A DNA stretch of 50,550 nucleotides from Tubiluchus corallicola (lineage: Eukaryota; Animalia; Priapulida), in contig JAQGDQ010000857.1 in the NCBI GenBank assembly GCA_030141605.1, positions 1 to 50,550 of the forward strand, written 5' to 3'. The translations under genes and the position numbers were made by a program. The notes below the pieces were generated by a model. That model saw only the letters and a program-made list of their open reading frames with translations, ran no database searches and was not told where the DNA came from. Shown in pieces: positions 23,701 through 35,199 of the stretch (position 1 is its first letter; every line of letters begins with the position of its first letter).

Positions 23701-26700
23701 AACTAACGCGGTAGATTTTAAGGCTTTGAAAAGGCAGATTCTCACAGCTTGTTCAACTAACGCGGTAGATTTTAAGGCTTTGTAAAGGCAGATTCTCACA
23801 GCTTGTTCAGCTAACGCGGTAGATTTTAAGGCTTTGTAAAGGCACATTCACACAGCTTGTTCAGCTAACGCGGTAGATTTTAAGGCTTTGTAAAGGCAGA
23901 TTCACACAGCTTGTTCCAGAACCACTACTTACCGATGCGCAAGCTAGGATGCCCAGAAATCCAACTTTTTCCACGATGCTTTCGACAGCAAGTTTCGCCC
24001 TTTCTAGAAACGACTGAAAAAATATTACACAATTAATAATTATGTTGATTTTCGTTTACACGACAAGCAGAAATCAAAGACTCAAAATAATACCAATGCC
24101 CATTGTGCAAAACGTAGGGTCATCATCGTGCGCAAGTTTAAAGTTTCGCTGACAAATAAATGGTTTTTTATAATTGCAGTACTAGTTCTAGCCTGAATAG
24201 TGAGTAAGGGGTTTAAAAATTGGATTTTTAGTATTTTTTGAACATTTTCTACATAATTTTATGCTAATATAAAACTCCAATATATTTAGCATTTGTTTTT
24301 AGAAAAAAATGACATTTAAGCAAATTTTCGATGCACTCTACTTGGCAGCAAAATAATGTAGTTTTAACTATGCCGACTTATGGACAGTTTTGGTTTGCAA
24401 GCACACATGTAATAAGTGTTGTTTGCTTACGCTGTTGTAAAGTTTTGCAACATACGTAATAAGTGTTTTTTGTGTACGCTGTTGTAGTATTTTGCAAGCA
24501 CATATGTAATAAGTGTTGTATGCTTACGCTGTTGTAGTGTTTTGTAAGCACATACGTAATAAGTGTCGTTTGCTTACACTGTTGTAGTGTTTTGTAGCAC
24601 ATGTAATAAGTGTTGTTTGCTTCCACTGTTATAGTATCTTACAAGCACATATGAAATAAGTGTTGTTTGCTTACACTGTTGTAGTGTTTTGCAACATACG
24701 TAATAAGTATTGTTTGCTTACGCTGCCGTAGTATTTGAATCCATGTATTTGAAAGTAAACAATACGGTAACTAGCAAATTCTACAATTGGCACAAAAGCC
24801 AATGAACAAACCTGTGGGTGTCCTCTGTGCTCCTGCAGCTGTTGAAACTCTTCCAGTTCATCCAAATCAGCTTCAGTACCGGACAGAGCTGCAGCACGCG
24901 CCATGAAATACGGAGGCAGCTCGCCTAGTGCCGTGCCTGCACCCTGGTGGCAGAAATAATATTTTAAAGAACAAACAATCTTATTAAATCTAAACAGAAA
25001 GAAGGGAAGTGAGAAAAAAGGCACAACAGAAAGAAAAAGAGCAAAAGAGGGAAGGGCTGTGAAGGTATTGCATATAGGAGAGGAACACAGAATGAGAAAG
25101 AGAGTGAATACGAAAGTACAGAACATGGGAGCGGGACAGAAAATGAGAGGAAGAAAGAAAAAGAGAGCAAGAGAATGAGTATGAAAGTACCACTTATGGA
25201 AGAGGGACAGAGAATAAGAGAAAGAAAGAAAAAGAGCAAAAGAGAGAGCGAATATGAAAGGACCGCATATGGAAGAGGGACAGAGAATAAGAGGAAGAAA
25301 GAAAAAGCGAGCAAGAGAGAGAGTGAATATGAAAGTATCGCATGTGGGAGTGGAGCAGAGAATGAGAAAGAAAGAGAGCAAAAGAGTGAAGATGAAAGTA
25401 CTGCATATCGGAGCGGGACAGAGATTTGCTATCTTGAGATCTAATATAATGCAAAATGCAGTGGTACCTTGTTGCACTCTATCTGTTTCTGTGTTTTTGC
25501 TTTTGTTTGACTGTTCTTCTGGTTCTGTAATGGTCCCGGTGGATGCAGTCTCTCTGTCACACTGATATGCTGCTGGTTTCCCTTATTGTAGTTCCAACTT
25601 GTAAATTGTGCAAAATGCAGAAGTTGTGTTTTATACTTATAAATGTTTACTGCTGTGGTTCTTCATTGCGTAAACTTAGATTAATTGTTTACCATGTTGT
25701 GTTTTATACATATAATGTTTACTGCTGTGGTTCTTCATTATGTAAACTTGGACTAATTGTTTACTATGTTGTATTTTATACTTATAATGTTTACTGATGT
25801 GGTTCTTCATTATGTAAACTTGGACTAATTGTTTAATATGTTGTATTTTATACTTATAATGTTTACTGCTGTGGTTCTTCATTACGTAAACTTGGACTAA
25901 TTGTTTAATATGTTGTGTTTTATACTTATAATGTTTACTGCTGTGGTTCTTCATTACGTAAACTTGGACTAATTGTTTACTATGTTGTGTTTCATACTTA
26001 TAATGTTTACTTCTGCTGTGGTTCTTCATTGAGTAAACTTAGATTAATTGTTTAATATGTTGTATTTTATACTTATAATGTTTACTGATGTGGTTCTTCA
26101 TTATGTAAACTTGGACTAATTGTTTACTATGTTGTATTTTATACTTATAATGTTTACTGATGTGGTTCTTCACTATGTAAACTTGGATTAATTGTTTAAT
26201 ATGTTGTATTTTATACTTATAATGTTTACTGATGTGGTTCTTCACTATGTAAACTTGGACTAATTGTTTACTATGTTGTGTTTTATACTTATAATGTTTA
26301 CTGCTGTGGTTCTTCATTATGTAAACTTGGATTAATTGTTTAATATGTTGTATTTTATACTTATAATGTTTACTGCTGTGGTTCTTCATTATGTAAACTT
26401 GGATTAATTGTTTAATATGTTGTATTTTATACTTATAATGTTTACTGATGTGGTTCTTCACTATGTAAACTTGGACTAATTGTTTACTATGTTGTATTTT
26501 ATACTTATAATGTTTACTGATGTGGTTCTTCACTATGTAAACTTGGATTAATTGTTTAATATGTTGTATTTTATACTTATAATGTTTACTGATGTGGTTC
26601 TTCACTATGTAAACTTGGACTAATTGTTTACTATGTTGTGTTTTATACTTATAATGTTTACTGCTGTGGTTCTTCATTATGTAAACTTGGATTAATTGTT

Positions 26701-29700
26701 TAATATGTTGTATTTTATACTTATAATGTTTACTGCTGTGGTTCTTCATTATGTAAACTTGGATTAATTGTTTAATATGTTGTATTTTATACTTATAATG
26801 TTTACTGATGTGGTTCTTCATTATGTAAACTTGGATTAATTGTTTAATATGTTGTATTTTATACTTATAATGTTTACTGCTGTGGTTCTTCATTATGTAA
26901 ACTTGGATTAATTGTTTAATATGTTGTATTTTATACTTATAATGTTTACTGCTGTGGTTCTTCATTATGTAAACTTGGATTAATTGTTTACAAAATGTGT
27001 TCTTTTCTGGTTCTCATGTGTTCAATAAAACTTTTTACATTTCTCTACAATTTCTTCCGTTAGAATCACGTTTATTTTGACACGTTAATTTCTAATCTGT
27101 TGTTTTGTAGCTTCAGTTTGTGCCTTTGTATAATCATTAATGCATTGTTTGCATGTTGCTTATACATTAAGTATGTAAGACTCTAAACGTTTTTGAAAAT
27201 CCAACCCTTCTGCAACGCAATTTCAGTTTATGATAAATCAACACATGTGACCAGCGTCCCCCCATTCCACCCACTGACCTTGCTTCCTCACCATACCGTG
27301 ACAACTGCTGTTAATGTATTATTTATTCTTTTTGGCTTCATTTAAAGTTTGATAATGGCTTCAACAGCCGAAATGATTGTCAGTCAATAAACATGGTGAT
27401 TCCAAGAAGCATATTAGAGTACTGTTGTTAACTCACCCACATACAAGCTTCTAGTCGTACTTTACTCATGATGGTCCAAATAGATATGTGTCCTGTTATA
27501 GGTACCGTGTCTTCTGGACAAATGATGCTGTACAAAGAAAACGAAAAGAATCAAATGAACGAAACAAAAAATACGAATCCTAGATATGTGATTTTAATTT
27601 AGAAATTGTACAAGAGCAAATTGAAGTTACGTTTAAATCCAGTAGATGGCTCTTCCTGACAAAGACCTGGTTTTGTCAACAGAAAAAGCCCGAAGCAAAA
27701 TGACTGCTTCCACGAGCTACTATCGGAATTGGAAAATACAAATTTTTTACAATTGCAGTTATAGTTTCTAGCATGAAAAGTGGGTAAGGAGTTATAAAAT
27801 TAGATTTTTAGTATTCTTTAGACATTTTCCTGATAATCTGATGATAGAATATAAAGTCCAATATATTTAGCATTTAATTTCATAAAAAAAATGATATTTG
27901 ACCAAATTTTTGGTGCATTCTACTTTTTAGCATCATAATGTAGTTTTACTATGCCGACTTATGGACGGTTTTGGTTTGCAAGCACACATAAGTAATTCTC
28001 TCTCAATTATTGTCACATGAAAGGCTCCTGGTAATTTGAAAACAATTTGGTTTGTGAGACAGACCAGCTAGCATTGAATGTTATAGTATTGAACATTAGT
28101 ATAGTATAGGATACTGAGTGTCACAGACAAAAATACAGCATCTAATGGATTTCCGTTCACTGGATTTGAACATTGTTCAGTCATAAATTGATTTCTTTTT
28201 GTTTGAACGCGTTCAATGCTTGTCGTAAGAGCAAGCTTTGATAATGTGATTATTTTTGTTCATAGATCCAGCACCCTGTAACCATTCTAGTAACTAAGTC
28301 CTACACTTTAGAAACTGGCCTACGACGCAGTCAGCCAGAGACAGTAGAAAGGAGGAGCTTACTCGTCTGGATACGGAGGCTCCGGAAATTTTACGGAATC
28401 ACACTCGTAAGCAGCTAGCGTGACGGCAGCTATGTGCGGACCCTGAAACGTACATTGCACACATTTGATTAGCTGTACAACAAACACGATGCTGTTACTT
28501 CATTTTGCATTAAGTTGCGACTGTGACTTTTATTTGGATAAACTTGGTATGCCAAAGTCCTGATAAGACAGGCAAATTTGCGTAGGAGTTGTCATAAAAA
28601 TCAGTTGACTAACAGGGACTGTTCTAATATACAGTAGACGCAGCTTAATAGACTCATTTTGGGACCGAAGTGTTTTGACCCAATTAACCGAATGAACCTA
28701 TTAACCTATGGGTGTAGTATTACAGGTACAGAAGTATGAGTCATCAGCTTACTATGCACTGCAAAGGTTTTTAAAGAATTTTAGAAACGAAGTAATGCCT
28801 AAAAAAATGTTTTAAAATATTAGTTTACATAAGTGAATTACCAGTAAATTAAAAAGTATACTTTTCTAAATCACAGACCTTTCTAAGTCTGTTTATTAGC
28901 AAAAATTACAAAAATTCCTTCAAACTCGGCTGCTTCATTTTCTCGCGAAAAAGTTGGCTCCCAAAGTTCTCGTAATTATAAAAACGCTGAAAATCTGTTG
29001 TTGTCTGATGCACAAATTCTCGTAAACGGCACTTAACACGACTGTTTCTACGTATATTACAGTGCATAAAAGGGAAGTAAAGATAACATAAAAGTAGGAA
29101 AGGCTCTTTGGGTACATACAAAAGTCTTATTTTAAGTACGTGAAGGAAAAATATTGAGTCAACTATGCGGAGTTATTAGAGTCAATTACCGATAGTTTTA
29201 TGTACATTTGAATAGAAGCGGCCCGTTCCAGGCGTTTTTGAGTCAATTAAGCGATTGAGTCTATTAACCGTGAGTCTATTAAGCGGCGACTACTGTACTA
29301 CAACAAACGATTAGCAATATGTTTAAAATAACTCAAAATAACAAAGGAGATTATGTTCTAAATTTAATTTCAGATTAATGCAAACAAAACTTACTAGTGT
29401 TAGCTAAACAACGAACATATCAAAAATTTGTTAAAACAAATTACATTCTGCTCAACATGCGCATTTCTACACAACCTTAAATTGCCATTGCCGACCAAGC
29501 TACATACCAGGTACAGCAAGAAAGTGTGTAATCCAGTACCAAGACCCACAGAAGATAAAACACCCAAGCCAGTCCAGTACACGCACCATAAAAACACTTT
29601 ACGAAATGACTCCACATACTGAAAAAATGCAAAAAATTCTGCATGAGAAAAATAACAATTACACACAATCTTTAACAAGCCGAGATAAAAGTTTTTCCTC

Positions 29701-32681
29701 AAATCCAATTTTATTGTATTAATATTTCCTCATAATAATTGTCCATGAGGTAGATTAAAATGTTAAAACAATTCAGGACGAACTTTACAAGATAATGCGG
29801 GACAACTTTTTGGATCCAGAGATTTTCGTGAACACGATCCAGACTACTTACTGACCGAACTCGATGCTTCGTAATGATTTGTCACAGGATTCTTCATGGC
29901 AGACCCTATTTTTCACTACTTGGAAGTTTAAAGCAAAACCGGATACAATCTTAAGTTGTAGGTCAAAACAATCTACACTTTAAAATATTGAAAGGAAACA
30001 CTGTTTTTTCCAGAATGACTTACGTGAAAGAATTATTACCACACAAACACAATTTCATGTTCGCGCCACTAGTTCTCCGCTGTTACATGCATTTTGCCAT
30101 TCGCTAGTTAGACGGGTACTAGTGCCTGCATTTTGGAAACGTGTTGCACAAAAAACAGGTGCAGTACCTCTCAGTTCAGATATGTTAGTTTACGACACAC
30201 TGCACACGTTCGACAGCTCATGCGTGAGTACAGCGGTAAGTTTGAGATTTGTATTTTTATCTTAACTTGCCTAGTTTTAGCACAAAACACTGAATATCTT
30301 ACAGTAGCACTGTATTTCAATTTTCACTTTCGCAAACACGTGCAACACACTCGTTGGATGTTTTTGCTGCTAGAAATTATGTATGTTAGTTTGTGATGTC
30401 ATCAATAGTTGGACTTGCTTGCCATTAATTAAGTTTCTAATCTATTATTTAATTACAAGAAATGCTTTTGCAATATTAAATACGTTAAAATGTATACTTT
30501 TTATCAGACTTGAAAATGTGGTAGTATATGAAAAATCATCCTGTCTTCATCAAAACAAGTGTGAAAAAATAATAATAGCACGCAGTACGTGAAAGTACCT
30601 TTTGATGAGCGCCAGCACTATGATAAGTAGCTACAAATAATAAAACTGCGGAAAGAAAAGCTGAAACCATCTTCTTGTTCCTCCATAACCTAAAATAGAA
30701 CAGATAAACAATAAAATCTCGAAACCGATGACATTTAAATCGGGAATAATGCGCATCATTTAGTTGCCTCCTCCAGAAATGCTTAGCAAATGCGTTAAAA
30801 CATTCATCATTTCTCTGCACCGTACATCAGTTCACACTAACGCCCTCTGCAACTCACACTAATTATTAATAATAATTAGTTAATTAGAATGTGTTAAAAC
30901 ATTAGCAACTGTTAATGATCTAGTTGCCTCCTCCACAAATGCTTAGCAAATGCGTTAAAACATTCATCATTTCTCTGCACCGTACATCAGTTTACCTCGT
31001 AATTATGAAATACTACTAACGCCCTCTGCAACTCACACTAGTTATTAATAATAATTAGTTAACTAGAATGTGTTAAAACATTAGCGACTGTTAACGATCT
31101 AGTTGCCTCCTCCACAAATGCTTAGCAAATGCGTTAAAACATTCATCATTTCTCTGCACCGTACATCAGTTTACCTCGTAATTATGAAATACTACTAACG
31201 CCCTCTGCAACTCACACTAGTTATTAATAATAATTAGTTAACTAGAATGTGTTAAAACATTAGCGACTGTTAATGATCTAGTTGCCTCCTCCACAAACGT
31301 ATCTGTCAGTTCGTACATTTAAACTTCATCTTTTTTGAACATGTCCAAGAGCTAAGCAAAGAAGATATGAGTAATAATATGATCTGCTAGTGCACTGGAG
31401 ACACGGCCTAAACTTTAACCATCAAAACACAAACACCGAGGAAGTCAAGACAGGGCTGCTTCTCTGTGGATTACGTACCTGATTCCATAATCATGAATCA
31501 CACATAGTAGCTCTAGTACAAAGTAATGGACTGTGGTCACGGGGTGCTTGTAGAGAACAATGTTCTTGCGTTCCTGTCGCTCGTGGAACGTGGAACGTAG
31601 AGACGGCAGTCGAGGGCTGAAAAAAGTAATTAGATTAAAGAACAAATCAATCGCCACATCTATAAATCAATATGGTGTCTCCACTGTCCTTCGAAATGTG
31701 CACGGGAAATAGCAAAAATTACTTGAATGTAACTAATGTATTCTGAAGATTTTTCATGTTGCAGCATTTGAAGTAATTTTACACTTTAATTTTAGTAGTG
31801 GAAGTGGTGCTGACAAGTCACTGGCATAGCAGCATTTAGTTTTTTTGCTGGATTACTGCTGTGTTTACCCATCTTGAGGGCAGATTTCTTTTATTTTAGA
31901 ATTTTGCTTGTCCAACGTCTTCAGTTTTACATAACGTGCATTATGATGATGATGACGACGATTTTAAGAAATCTTGACGTATTCCGTTCCGGATTGTTAT
32001 AAAATGCTCACAAGGAATAGCAAAAATTACTTGACAGTAACTAATTTACTTTGAAGATATCTCATATTGTAACACTTGCAGGAATCATACATTTTAAGAA
32101 ATCTTGACGTATTCCATTCCGGATTGTTATAAAATGTTCACAAGAAATAGCAAAAATTACTTGACTGTCACAAGCTTACTTTGAAGATTTCTCATATTGT
32201 AGCACTTGCAGTAATCATACATTTTGAGAAATCTTGCTGTATTTCATTCCGTAACTATATCCTCAAGAAATTGATTTGGTGCTGCCATCTGTAGTCTAGT
32301 TTGTGGGGAGAGCTATAGTGGAGTTCTCTGTACGCAAACTTACGTATGATTATCTCATACCCCCCTTAAAGGTTAGATTACAATGCAAAATCGCCATACT
32401 AGCTGAGTGCGTGACAGTGATGCCACTAGCAATGTGGGAGATCTTTGCATTTTCTTGAGAAAATCGTCAGCGGTTTTCACTGCGCATGTGCACTGTCGGC
32501 ACGACAGACATCTACTAACAGCAAAATTGAAATTTTATTTAGTTTACCCGTGAGAAATATTTGTGCAATTTCTGTCCGACGGTGAATGAGGAGGGCTGCC
32601 ATTAGCTACCCTTGATCCCAAATTGTGCCCCGATTTAATGCCTCTACGAGACATGACCTGCACCGGTTCTCCTTCCTCCAT
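17761..32681 (-). CDS. VMP1: Vacuole membrane protein 1 (VMP1/TMEM49), DedA/VTT-domain ER scramblase and autophagy factor; complete, 435 aa
   Basis: Eleven phase-consistent exons on -: 32681-32548, 31616-31479, 30689-30599, 29618-29508, 28442-28363, 27527-27437, 24943-24812, 24013-23933, 21286-21108, 20155-20053, 17928-17761 (total 1308 nt). Hallmarks include [100 protein letters not shown] and [13 protein letters not shown]. An acceptor at 32736-32737 implies a further upstream 5' exon. Confidence 0.97.
18159..18920 (+). mobile_element. Family D element, full-length copy in the last VMP1 intron
   Basis: atatgtgtgtttgcaaatcaaaaccgtccgtaag ... cttatggacgattttgctatgcaagcacatgtat, colinear with 8645-9315. 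Confidence 0.88.
19016..19468. repeat. ~41-bp minisatellite, ~11 copies
   Basis: Unit ctatgctcaaaaaaggggatgtcgttatatgtggatggccc, with length variation in homopolymers. Confidence 0.95.
19621..20086. repeat. 77-bp minisatellite (6 copies) containing the VMP1 exon-10 3' end and splice donor
   Basis: Unit caactgcgcgtgtgcacaacgaaattgtgaaaaggccaattgctcaccggataacggtgcttttccggtcgatggtg. On - it reads [10 protein letters not shown]|GTGAGC. Confidence 0.97.
20353..20968. mobile_element. Degenerate hAT MITE
   Basis: The ends cggaggcgtagg / gctacacaactg resemble CAGTGGCGTAGC-type TIRs. 8-bp TSD gtttcaca / ggttcaca (7/8 match). Confidence 0.65.
21306..21430 (-). pseudogene. Duplicated VMP1 acceptor plus partial exon (pseudo-exon)
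   Basis: Duplicate offset by 103 bp: ttttctAG|[27 protein letters not shown] versus the true exon [25 protein letters not shown]. Confidence 0.88.
21605..22145 (-). mobile_element. Family D element, inverted and truncated
   Basis: Reverse-complement homolog ending ...cttacggacggttttggtttgcaagcacacatat. Confidence 0.85.
22385..23916. repeat. 54-bp minisatellite, ~28 copies
   Basis: Unit cagattcacacagcttgttcagctaacgcggtagattttaaggctttgtaaagg. It begins about 15 nt into the intron after VMP1 exon 8. Confidence 0.99.
24160..24410 (-). mobile_element. Family D element fragment
   Basis: aattgcagtactagtt...aactatgccgacttatggacagttttggtttgcaagcacacatgt matches the family D left end on the reverse strand. 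Confidence 0.8.
24390..24736. repeat. 47-50-bp minisatellite, ~7 copies, seeded at a family D terminus
   Basis: Unit gcaagcacatatgtaataagtgttgtatgcttacgctgttgtagtgtttt. Confidence 0.92.
25020..25425. repeat. Degenerate purine-rich ~55-75-bp minisatellite, ~6 copies
   Basis: Recurring aagaaaaagagcaaaagagagagtgaatatgaaagtac...gggacagagaat modules. Confidence 0.85.
25625..26990. repeat. 72-bp minisatellite, ~19 copies, with a 360-bp higher-order duplication
   Basis: Unit ttatacttataatgtttactgctgtggttcttcattatgtaaacttggattaattgtttaatatgttgtatt. 26102-26460 is repeated at 26462-26820. Confidence 0.99.
27610..27990 (-). mobile_element. Family D element, inverted and truncated
   Basis: Homologous to 21780-22145 and ends ...cttatggacggttttggtttgcaagcacacata. 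Confidence 0.85.
28632..29295. mobile_element. Tc1/mariner-superfamily MITE
   Basis: TA|cagtagacgcagcttaatagactca ... tgagtctattaagcggcgactactg|TA gives a 25-bp TIR and a TA TSD. Confidence 0.9.
29928..30552 (+). mobile_element. TTAA-type MITE, family C, copy 1
   Basis: ttaaagcaaaaccggatacaatc ... gaaaaatcatcctgtcttc, colinear with 34097-34752. Confidence 0.85.
30761..31297. repeat. ~179-bp tandem repeat, 3 copies
   Basis: tagttgcctcctccacaaatgcttagcaaatgcg... starts at 30761, 30921, ~31100 and ~31279. Confidence 0.96.
31690..32250. repeat. 130-bp tandem repeat (~2.2 copies at 31961-32250, plus a diverged copy at ~31690-31795)
   Basis: aatagcaaaaattacttga...tgaagat..ctcatattgtagcacttgcag recurs, with a period of 130. 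Confidence 0.85.
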
Positions 32682-33188
32682 ACTGTGCTGAGTTGAATTG
32701 GGGAGGCTGTAATCAGATTTCAACAGCCGCTGGACCTGAAAAACAGACCCACGAGAGTAGTTACAAGCAGTTAAACAGTAAATTTCTATTTTACAACACA
32801 AATTTTAGAAACCAGAAACAAAATAAAGTATGTATTATTGGTACAGGCACGAACTTTACACTTTTATGGCCAGTAAGATGTTTTAGTTGTCTTTAAACTG
32901 CCTTTGTCATTGACAATCACAATGCAAATAAATTGTATTATTAGATATAGTAAAAACATATACTGTTCTAAGCAAATGCACTGTACTGTATCGTAATGTA
33001 GCTGATGTTTATTCACCATACAAATTTAACTAACATTAAATACACACAGTACTAACCAAATAATCTTACAGAATCATCAGGTAACACTAGTAGATACAGG
33101 TATCTTATATTTGTAACATCCTAAAATGAAACAGAGCATTGGTGGGCCCACAAAATGGTTGTCAATACCAAACGATTAAATTAACTTA

Positions 33189-33671
33189 CCGTATTTTCCC
33201 GTGTATAAGAGACCCTTTTTTGCTCAGAATTTTCACTTTAAAAATAGGGGGTCTCTTATACATGGGAGTAAGTCTTTTCAATAAGATGCATAAATTGTGA
33301 CACTAATGATTTTAAAGAAATAAGTGCTCTACAACTGTTTTATTTCGAATAATTATAGTTTCCTTTCAATAAATCTTCTCCGTGGCTAAATTCTAATGAT
33401 AAAATTAATGTACCGGGTAAGTTATTATTTTTTTAAATGTCAAAAGAGGACAATGCCATTTTTGAGCAGAGTGACTCCTCTGATGATGAACTGGCTGGAA
33501 TTGCTGAAGGTCTGACTCCAGTTGATATTTTTGATGAGAGTGATGAGGAATTTAATGATTTCTATGATGAATAAAGTTATTCATTACCAAAAAACTTTTT
33601 TCCAGAATTTTTGCCTAAAAATTGAAGGGGTCTCTTATACACAAGGGTCTCTTATACATGGGAAAATACGG
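33189..33671 (+). mobile_element. pogo-like (Tc1/mariner) internal-deletion derivative retaining an acidic transposase-like tail
   Basis: TA|ccgtattttcccgtgtataagagaccc ... gggtctcttatacatgggaaaatacgg|TA. Internal 33437-33574 reads MSKEDNAIFEQSDSSDDELAGIAEGLTPVDIFDESDEEFNDFYDE*. Confidence 0.88.
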
Positions 33672-34096
33672 TAATTATAGAAAAGCACAAATAGTAATAA
33701 GACCACCAGAGTACTGTACAAAAACAGCTCACATTTATGTGAAGAAGCAATACTCTACAAAAAATTATATTAGTTATAGTTAACACCACGCTTAGCTATT
33801 TGAAAGACTTACGTAACTGGAAAAAATTCTTGATAATTTAAAATAATCGTGCCTCATGGCAAAACGGCACTGCATCGCCATCCCAGTGTGCGCCACTGAC
33901 TCATCAAAAAACTACACTAGCGGCTATTGATCTTATTGACAATGTAAAATAATTAAAAGTTTTGGTTAGTTTGGTACGTGTGGTACACAAAAAGCGATTA
34001 TTTTTTCAAAGCTTACTCAATTTGCTATCTAAACTTATTTCAACTGACTTACCATTAAAATGGGCCATGGCTGCGCCTAATGGTCATCCGTGGGAG

Positions 34097-34752
34097 TTAA
34101 AAGCAAAACCGGACCCAATCTTAAACTGTAGGTCAAAACAATCTACTCTTTAAAATATTGAAAAGAAAACATACTTTATTTTCAAAAATGACTTACGTGA
34201 AAGAATTATTACCACATAAACACAATTTCACATTTGCGCCACTAGTTCTTCGCTGTTACATGCATTTTGCCACTCGCTAGTTAGACGGGCACCAGCGCCT
34301 GCACTTCGGAAATGCATTGCACAAAAATAGGTGCTGTACCTCTGACTTCAGATGTGTTAGTTTGTGACGAACTGCAAACATTCGACGGCTCATGCGTGAG
34401 CCCAGCGGTAAATTTGAAATTTGAATTTTTCTCTTAAAACTAGTCTAGTTTTAGTACAACACACTGGCTATCTCACAGTAGCATTGTACTTCAATTTTCG
34501 CTTTGGCAAACACGTGCGACACGCTCGGGGAATATTTTTGCTGTTGAAAATTATGTTCGTTTGTGATGTCATCAATAGTTTGGCTCGCCCGCCGTTGATT
34601 AACATTTTAATCTATTCGTCAATTAAGATTTTAATCTATTATTTAACCAACAGAAACACTTTTGCAGTATTAATTGTGTTAAATTGTACACCTTTTTACC
34701 GTACTTACTGAAAATGGGGTAGTGAGCGAAAAATCATCCTGCCTTCCTTTAA
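34097..34752 (+). mobile_element. TTAA-type MITE, family C, copy 2
   Basis: TTAA-aagcaaaaccgga ... tcatcctgccttcct-TTAA. Confidence 0.88.
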
Positions 34753-35029
34753 ATTCAACATAATCACTGGTAATCTAGACAGTAACGCGCGTATAATTTT
34801 GTTTACTAGACGCAGCTGCTCATCGGAAGGGTTGAAAGTCACCTCTGGGGGAAGGAAAATGTCGAATAAGTGAGCTTAAGAATGCAAAACGGTAAAAACA
34901 AACAACAACGTACATCACTGGTGTGGATTATGGCTACCGTTTGTCAGTTACACTGCAGAAAAAACTCCATTTAGTCTAGAAAACTGAATGAATTATCGTG
35001 CCCATATAGAAGCTTCAGAAACGTGGCAC

Positions 35030-35092
35030 ACGATGATGATGATGAGGACGACGACGACGACAATGATGAGGACGACGACGATGACAGTGATG
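35030..35092. repeat. (GAY)n trinucleotide microsatellite
   Basis: gatgatgatgatgaggacgacgacgacgacaatgatgaggacgacgacgatgac, not in a supported exon. Confidence 0.9.
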
Positions 35093-35199
35093 TTCTATTG
35101 TACTGTTCTACAAACATTCTACTGTTTTTTATCGGATTTTTTTTAGTTAATGCTCACATTATCCATTTTCTGTTATGTTAAAAATCTTAAGTTACTTTT

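Noticed and set aside
24671-25565. 268-aa hydrophobic ORF (-) and Glu/Arg/Lys-rich ORFs (+)
   Set aside because: Only 24943-24812 is the VMP1 exon. The rest is a purine/pyrimidine-skewed degenerate minisatellite.
25676-26965. 308-aa and 117-aa repeat ORFs as real genes
   Set aside because: They are translations of a stop-free frame of the 72-bp array, with no supporting splice or domain evidence.
19621-26990. Regular arrays as CRISPR loci
   Set aside because: The units are contiguous with no unique spacers, there are no cas genes, and the context is eukaryotic introns.
33810-34900. Location of the VMP1 non-coding first exon and promoter (candidate donors near 33812 and 34842)
   Set aside because: Several GT candidates exist and nothing in the sequence discriminates between them; transcript data are needed.
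35030-35092. Poly-Asp coding exon
   Set aside because: It is a simple trinucleotide repeat without credible splice sites or a host gene.
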